Assembly (NCBI GenBank): GCA_963762285.1 | Contig: CAVXKE010000017.1 | Coordinates: forward strand, 97,249 to 161,248 | DNA from: an uncultured Alphaproteobacteria bacterium | GTDB taxonomy: Bacteria > Pseudomonadota > Alphaproteobacteria > Rhizobiales > Xanthobacteraceae | Length of the DNA: 64,000 nt | Direction of reading: 5' to 3' | Shown here: piece by piece, positions 58,283 to 64,000 of the stretch | Numbering within the stretch: position 1 is the first letter of the stretch | Layout: each line of letters begins with the position of its first letter | Notes under the pieces: generated by a model | The model's input: the letters and a program-made list of their open reading frames with translations, nothing else | Database searches by the model: none | What the model was told of the DNA's origin: nothing | Translations under genes and position numbers: made by a program

Positions 58283-59224
58283 TTAAAGCCGCACGAGATT
58301 GCGCATCTTGTCAGGCTGGCCCGACAAATAGATGCCGAGGTTTTCGCGCACGACCGGCATGACCTGCTGCACGTAGACGTCGCTGAACCCACCCACCCGC
58401 GGCGTGATGATGACATTGTCCATCGGCCACAGCGGGCTTTCGGGCGGCAACGGCTCGGTCTCGAACACGTCGAGACCGGCGCCGGCAATGCGCTTTTGCG
58501 CCAATGCTTCGGCCATGGCCGGCTCGTCGATGACCTTGCCGCGAGCGATGTTGATCAGCAGCGCGCTCGGCTTCATGGCCTCGATCACCTTGCGGTCGAC
58601 GATATGATGGGTCTCGGGCGAGTAAGGTATCAAGACGACGAACACGTCCGCTTCCGCCACGGCCTCGTGCAGGCGCGTACGCGGGAAAATTTTGTCGAAA
58701 TTGGCAACGTCGGTGCGGCTTGAGCTGACCCCAATGACGCGCATGTCGAACGCCTTGCAGCGCAGTGCAAGCTGTTCGCTGATCGCCCCAACGCCTAGAA
58801 TGGTGACGGTCTTGCCCCACAGCAGCCGTTGCGGCCAGGTCTGCCATTTCGCCTGCGCCTGATTGTGCAGCAGCCGGCGGATGTCGCGGAAGTGCGACAG
58901 CATGTAGAGGAACGCCATTTCGGACATCTGCGGCCCATGAATGCCGCGCCCGGAGGTGACGACGATGTCCTTTCTGAGGTTGAGCGTGAGCAGATGGTCG
59001 GTGCCGGTGGTGAGCGCCTGAATCCATTTCAGTTGCGGCATTTTCGCCACCACGCCTGCCGGAATCCCGTGCGCCATCGCCACGATCACGTTGCTCTCAC
59101 CGCAGATCGGCAGCGCCTCCGCTTCGTTGTGCGCGCTACGAAAAGTCACAGCGGGATATTCAGGCCCGAGGGTGTTCACGAATACTTCGGCTTGCGGGTG
59201 GAGAACCAGAACGTCGGTCTTCAT
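58283..59224 (-). CDS. D-isomer-specific 2-hydroxyacid dehydrogenase
   Basis: GVGAI, INIARG, LDVFETEPLP; ITPR in place of the usual ITPH. Confidence 0.88.
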   Translation of the reverse strand: MKTDVLVLHPQAEVFVNTLGPEYPAVTFRSAHNEAEALPICGESNVIVAMAHGIPAGVVAKMPQLKWIQALTTGTDHLLTLNLRKDIVVTSGRGIHGPQMSEMAFLYMLSHFRDIRRLLHNQAQAKWQTWPQRLLWGKTVTILGVGAISEQLALRCKAFDMRVIGVSSSRTDVANFDKIFPRTRLHEAVAEADVFVVLIPYSPETHHIVDRKVIEAMKPSALLINIARGKVIDEPAMAEALAQKRIAGAGLDVFETEPLPPESPLWPMDNVIITPRVGGFSDVYVQQVMPVVRENLGIYLSGQPDKMRNLVRL

Positions 59225-59275
59225 CGATTTATTTCTTCCCGTTTGTCTGCGCTTCATTCCGTCGCGCATGAAGGT

Positions 59276-60088
59276 CTAGCTGTGCGCCGTCGCTATGTTG
59301 TCCGCTTCGAGCCGGATCGCCTCGCGCACTTCCTGCTCGATCAGCAGCCAAATCTTGTCGGTGTATTCCACGAAGCCGGCGGTGCGCTTAAGCGAAAGGT
59401 CGCGCGGGCGCGGCAGGTCGATGACGATGTCCTGCTTGAAACGCCCGGGACGCGCGGTCAGGACGACCACGCGGTCGGACAGGTAGACCGCCTCATCGAT
59501 CTGGTGCGTCACCAGCACGATGGTCTTTTGCGTTTCCCGGCTGATGCGCATCAATTCGCCTTGCATGATTTCCCGGGTCTGCGCGTCGAGCGCGGCGAAC
59601 GGCTCGTCCATGAGCAGAACGTCGGCGCCCACGCTCAGCGCGCGCGCGAGATTGACACGCTGGCGCATGCCGCCGGACAGCTCATGCGGGTAGTGATTTT
59701 CGAAACCGCCCAGCCCGACCATGCGCAGGAACTCCATGCCGGTTCGCCGCGCCACCGCCAGCGCAACGCCCTGGAGCTCGGGACCAAACACGGTATTTTT
59801 GATCACCGTGCGCCACGGCATCAGGCCGTCATTCTGGAACACGAACGCAATGGCTGGGCCGGGCTTGTCGACCGGCTTGCCGTCGATGCTCACGGTTCCC
59901 GACGTCGGCTTGATCAGCCCGTCGATCAGGCGGAGAAACGTCGTCTTGCCGCAGCCCGACGCGCCCACGATGCTGACGAACTCGCCCTCGGCAATGTCGA
60001 GCGATAAATCCTGGACTGCGACTATTTCGGTATTGCCCTTCCAAAACGATTTGCAGAGCCGGTCGACGTGCAGCTTGGGGGCCCGCAT
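59276..60088 (-). CDS. TauB/SsuB-type ABC ATPase
   Basis: GASGCGKTT, LSGGMRQR, MDEPFAALD. Confidence 0.92.
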   Translation of the reverse strand: MRAPKLHVDRLCKSFWKGNTEIVAVQDLSLDIAEGEFVSIVGASGCGKTTFLRLIDGLIKPTSGTVSIDGKPVDKPGPAIAFVFQNDGLMPWRTVIKNTVFGPELQGVALAVARRTGMEFLRMVGLGGFENHYPHELSGGMRQRVNLARALSVGADVLLMDEPFAALDAQTREIMQGELMRISRETQKTIVLVTHQIDEAVYLSDRVVVLTARPGRFKQDIVIDLPRPRDLSLKRTAGFVEYTDKIWLLIEQEVREAIRLEADNIATAHS

Positions 60089-60092
60089 CGCC

Positions 60093-60986
60093 TCATTCCT
60101 CCGTGTTCTGGAAACGCCAGGGCGCGAGCCAGGACTCGAGGTATTTGAAAAATTCCACGCAGGTAACACCCGCCAGGGCCAGGATGATCACGGCCAGGAA
60201 CAAGGACGCAGTGTCGAATTCCGTCGTTGAGGTCATCACCAGGTAGCCCAATCCAGCGCGCGCCCCGAACAGCTCGGCGACGACTACGCCGACGAGCGCA
60301 CGAGCCACGCTGAGGCGCAGGCCGGCGATAATGAAGGGGATGGCCGAGGGCAAACGGACTTTGCGATAGAGCTGCCCGGGACTTGCGCCGAGGGAATTGG
60401 CAACTTCGATCAATTGGCGGTCGGTCGCCATGAGGCCGGCCACGGTGTTGATCAGGATCGGAAACACGGCGACCAGGAAGATGACGGCGATCTTCGACGC
60501 AATGCCGATGCCGAGCCAAAGGATGAACAGCGGCCCGAGCGCGATCACCGGCATGGAATAAGCGAGCGAAACCAGCGGATCGAAGAAGCCGCGGATCGCA
60601 TTCGATTGGGCAAGCGCCACGCCGCCGGCCATGCCTATGACCGACGCGAGCGCGAAGCCACAGGCAAACTCCTCGAAGCTGATCCACAAATGCTTTTGCA
60701 GCTCGCCCGCTTGCCACATTTCGACCGCGCGCAGCGCCACCTCGCTCGGCGGCGCCAGGAAGATCGGATTGGCGATGATGTAGCGGGCCGTTACCTCCCA
60801 GACGACGAAGAACACGAGAAATGAAAAGCTGCTCCGCCAAATGTCGAGCGAATGACCTTGGCGTTTCTTTCGCTTGGGGGGGCCTTTAAGCCAGCGCAAT
60901 GCAAAGTAACTCCTCAACGGCGAACCGGGCGGGGAAGCGAAATTGCGGGCGCTGTCCGGCACGATTTCGCTTTCCAACTTTGCCAT
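60093..60986 (-). CDS. TauC/SsuC-type ABC permease (start uncertain)
   Basis: MPVIALGPL, LPSAIPFI, GVVVAEL. Confidence 0.87.
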   Translation of the reverse strand: MAKLESEIVPDSARNFASPPGSPLRSYFALRWLKGPPKRKKRQGHSLDIWRSSFSFLVFFVVWEVTARYIIANPIFLAPPSEVALRAVEMWQAGELQKHLWISFEEFACGFALASVIGMAGGVALAQSNAIRGFFDPLVSLAYSMPVIALGPLFILWLGIGIASKIAVIFLVAVFPILINTVAGLMATDRQLIEVANSLGASPGQLYRKVRLPSAIPFIIAGLRLSVARALVGVVVAELFGARAGLGYLVMTSTTEFDTASLFLAVIILALAGVTCVEFFKYLESWLAPWRFQNTEE

Positions 60987-61102
60987 CGTCACATTCCAGT
61001 TCCGGAATGCGCGCCGCGAAATTTCGGAAAATTCCGCGTCGGCCATTCGGCCGGCGCAGCCATTGCCCGAAATTGAGAACGCATGGTCAGCACCCAGCGG
61101 CC

Positions 61103-62089
61103 TCAATGCGGTCGAAAACGGGTATCGTTGAAATCTTTCGGAACGGCGTCCTTGCTCTTGACCGTCCCAGCCTCGACCAAGCTGTCGAGTTCGCGCGCAT
61201 AGCCTTGCGCGGAAACGTCAAGCTTGCGGCTGAACGGCTTCAGGTCCTTAAGATAATAATCGTAGGTCTGCTCGATGAGCGGCCGCTCCATCTTGATGCG
61301 AAGGGCCAGGATATCGTTGGCCCGCTGGCGATGCGACGGATCGTAGAACCAGTCGATCGCGTCCGACTGCGTCGCCAGGAACGCACGCGCTTCCTCGCCG
61401 TGCGTTTCCAGCCAATCGCTGCGCGCGAAGATGCTGAGAAACGGAACGCCGCGCAGATATTCGCCGATGTCCAGGATGGTATTGAACCCGTCCTTCTTGG
61501 CCTTGAAGCTGACCGGCGGGCTCAACATGGCGCCGACCGTCGCGCCGTTGGCGAGAGCCGCGTAGCGCGCACCGGTATTGGTGTTGTAGATCTGGTCGAT
61601 CTCGGTCGGCTTGATGCCCTGCGACCGCAGCCATTGGTTCCAGGCAATCGTGCTGATATCGCGCGGCGGCGATACGCCGACCGCTTTGCCCTTCATGTCG
61701 GCCGCGGTCTTAATGTCGGGCTTCGACATCATGATGAACGGGCGCGACGACATATAGCCGCCGATCAATTTGATCTTGGCGCCGCGGCTGACTGCGTCGA
61801 ATCCGACGTCCGAGGTCGTGATCGCAAAGTCTACGTCGCCGGAGATCAACAACTGCATGGGGCCGGTCGCGCTGCCCGAGAAGGTCAACGCAACGTCGAG
61901 GCCCTTGTCGCGGTACAGCCCGTTTTCCTGCGCGATGTAGAGCGGCCAGAACAGCGACGTGGGCGCCACCGCGACGACGGGAATCTTCTTCAAGCCGGGC
62001 GACTGGGCGTGGGCCGCCGCGACGACCATGACGGCCGCCACCACCGAGCAAAGCGCGCCCGCGAATTGCTTCATCGAATGTGCACGCAT
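61103..62089 (-). CDS. NMT1/THI5-like ABC substrate-binding protein
   Basis: Signal peptide; PLYIAQENG..GLDV, LISGDVD; GGAGG RBS. Confidence 0.85.
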   Translation of the reverse strand: MRAHSMKQFAGALCSVVAAVMVVAAAHAQSPGLKKIPVVAVAPTSLFWPLYIAQENGLYRDKGLDVALTFSGSATGPMQLLISGDVDFAITTSDVGFDAVSRGAKIKLIGGYMSSRPFIMMSKPDIKTAADMKGKAVGVSPPRDISTIAWNQWLRSQGIKPTEIDQIYNTNTGARYAALANGATVGAMLSPPVSFKAKKDGFNTILDIGEYLRGVPFLSIFARSDWLETHGEEARAFLATQSDAIDWFYDPSHRQRANDILALRIKMERPLIEQTYDYYLKDLKPFSRKLDVSAQGYARELDSLVEAGTVKSKDAVPKDFNDTRFRPH

Positions 62090-62153
62090 TTTACGCTCCT
62101 CCATTTGCACCATTGTTATTTCTTGTTTTGTGTCGATTGCCTCGATGCTGCGC

Positions 62154-63959
62154 TTACGTCGTCTGCGGAATGATCGGCAGCAGCAAATACGACGGGTGCC
62201 GCTCGTCGTGATAGATCTTATGGACGGTTGTCCTGCTGCTGCACAGGTGATACGGCGCGTATTCGACATCGTGCGCGCCGGCAAGCCCGCTCGGCATATC
62301 CATGCTGGTGATGTCGATGCAAATCCGATGGCCCTTCTTTAACAGATTGGCCGTCGATAGAATTTCAATCGCGTATTCGTTGACTTCGCCGGGCGCGATC
62401 TTTTTTTGCGCGGCGCGCGTGAGCGGATGCCAAGGCCGCCAGGGCTGGGACCGCTTGGGATCAACAGCGCGGTGCGAGGCCTTGAGCCAGCCGCGCGTGA
62501 GTTCGCGCTCGGGCAGATCTTTCGGCACGTCAACCTCTCCCGGCCGCGCGGTGCGCACGGAGACGTCCGGGCCGACATCTTTCAAAATCACGATCCAGTT
62601 GGTGTCGTCCTGATCGATGGCCGCATGCAAATAAAGCGCGCTCGGGCCGATGATCAAAACGTCCTCCGGCAGCGGATCGGTCATGTAACGCAGGCACGCG
62701 ACGTCGTTGGTCTGCGTCGGCGGCATCTGCACGAACGTGTCGGGCTCCAGGCGCCCATTGCGGGCACCGGGCGCGACGGCCTCCGGGCGCAATCTGTTCC
62801 AGCTGGTGAGGTAGAGCTTGGTCCATTGCGTCTCCGGCAGCGGCCAGTCGTCCGCATAGCGCCATTTGTTCTCGCCCATCACCCAAATCTTGACCGGGGG
62901 CTCCTCGGTGACGCCGGTGGGCTTGCCCTTCAGCCAATGGTCGTACCAACGCAAGATCTCGTCATGGAACGAATGGAACGGCCGTTCCAAATGCGCCGGA
63001 CCGGTGAACAGCAGCTTTTTAGGTACGCCGTTGACGTTTTGGAACCACTGCTGCGAGCCTTGCAGATGAAGCTTGTAGCTGTAAGCGTACCAGCCGGTGC
63101 CGGTATAAAACGGAATCTTGATCTTCTTGAAAAGCTCCTCGGTTTTTTCGACGATGTCGTCGGCATCATAAGGATTGAGCAACGTGTCGTAGACGAGCGG
63201 CATGGTTTGCCCCTTCTCGACCAGCACGTTGAAGATGTTGGGGTACATCATGAAGTCGGGATTGCTGACGGCCTCGCGCCATTTGGCGTCTTGTTCGGGC
63301 GGTAATGCACCAGGTTGCCCGCGGTTGACGTGATAGACGGCCCCGGAGTCGAGCAGAAACACCATGGTGTGCACCAGGCCGCCTGGATAGAAATCCCGGA
63401 ACCCCCATTGGCCGTAGCAACCCATCGGGTCATAGGGGAAAATGGCCTTCAGGTGAGGCGGCTGCTGGGCGGCGGCTTGGAATTGCGACCCGCCGAACGC
63501 GGAAATGCCGATCATCCCGACATTGCCGTCGCACCAGGGCTGGACGGCGATCCACTCAATCAGATCGTAGAGATCCCAATCGGGCGAGCCGCCGCCATCC
63601 GATTTGCCGGTCCCGCGCACGTTCGCGCAGACATGCACGTAACCGCGCCTGACCAGGTAATCGCTATCGCCGCCTTCGGCGCCGCCGAACCACATCCGTG
63701 ACCAGGCCGGCTGCGCCCATTGAGCAGCCTTCGCAAATTCGGGCGTCTGGTACTCCTTGTTGTGCGGAGCAATCGCCAACAGCGCCGGAAACTTTCCCGG
63801 CATGTCGGGCCGGTAGATGTCGGCGCAGAGGCTTTTTCCGTCCCGCATCGGCACCATGACGTCGCGCTGCTCGGCAATGGCATCGCACACGATCGGCGCC
63901 GTGTAGCCCGGCGGCGGATTATGTGAATCGGCCAGTCCGAGTGCGTTGCGTGCTTGCAA
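62154..63959 (-). CDS. CocE/NonD family hydrolase (copy 2; start uncertain near window edge)
   Basis: VPMRDG..LCADIYRP, NVRGTGKS, QPWCDGNVGMIGIS, TRGWLKAS. Confidence 0.88.
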   Translation of the reverse strand: MQARNALGLADSHNPPPGYTAPIVCDAIAEQRDVMVPMRDGKSLCADIYRPDMPGKFPALLAIAPHNKEYQTPEFAKAAQWAQPAWSRMWFGGAEGGDSDYLVRRGYVHVCANVRGTGKSDGGGSPDWDLYDLIEWIAVQPWCDGNVGMIGISAFGGSQFQAAAQQPPHLKAIFPYDPMGCYGQWGFRDFYPGGLVHTMVFLLDSGAVYHVNRGQPGALPPEQDAKWREAVSNPDFMMYPNIFNVLVEKGQTMPLVYDTLLNPYDADDIVEKTEELFKKIKIPFYTGTGWYAYSYKLHLQGSQQWFQNVNGVPKKLLFTGPAHLERPFHSFHDEILRWYDHWLKGKPTGVTEEPPVKIWVMGENKWRYADDWPLPETQWTKLYLTSWNRLRPEAVAPGARNGRLEPDTFVQMPPTQTNDVACLRYMTDPLPEDVLIIGPSALYLHAAIDQDDTNWIVILKDVGPDVSVRTARPGEVDVPKDLPERELTRGWLKASHRAVDPKRSQPWRPWHPLTRAAQKKIAPGEVNEYAIEILSTANLLKKGHRICIDITSMDMPSGLAGAHDVEYAPYHLCSSRTTVHKIYHDERHPSYLLLPIIPQTT

Positions 63960-64000
63960 AGCCGGCGTGCCATCTCGATCGGTGCGCGAAGTGGTCGACA

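Noticed and set aside
1-64000. CRISPR array, prophage, IS element, tRNA or rRNA
   Set aside because: Repeats are dispersed palindromes rather than spaced direct repeats; no cas, integrase, transposase or RNA-gene signatures seen

Overview
This is a GC-rich, gene-dense window from an alphaproteobacterium (inferred Hyphomicrobiales, Xanthobacteraceae/Pseudolabrys-like, from the fix genes and repeat families). It has four blocks. (1) 1-24.3 kb is a probable N-heterocycle catabolic region: extradiol dioxygenase, a molybdenum hydroxylase set M-L1-S-[Sel1/TPR gene]-L2, a NicR-like MarR with three candidate operators, a branched-chain-type ABC transporter, SDR, alpha/beta hydrolase, cyclase and two PuuE-like deacetylases. 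(2) pyrE, yaiI, a cupin and an unexplained ~310-nt highly structured element lead into a complete microaerobic island (fixNOQP-fixGHIS, hsp20, CBS-BON, fixK, fixLJ) with FixK boxes. (3) 41.3-54.1 kb holds comDE-like decarboxylase, sulfonate-type ABC transporter, a non-housekeeping SDH/FRD-like complex, TauE and a two-subunit fumarase-like hydratase. I read this as a candidate undescribed organosulfonate pathway mirroring succinate->fumarate->malate->oxaloacetate. (4) 54-64 kb has two atypical CocE/NonD hydrolases, a metal-ligand-less M24 enzyme, dehydrogenases and an ABC transporter. REP-like palindromes of several families are common. Three that sit inside operons are spanned exactly by mini-ORFs with ATGA overlaps at both ends, and one lies inside the fixI coding sequence. 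About 11 frameshifts, all extra-base insertions, look like long-read errors. No rRNA, tRNA, CRISPR or transposase was seen.
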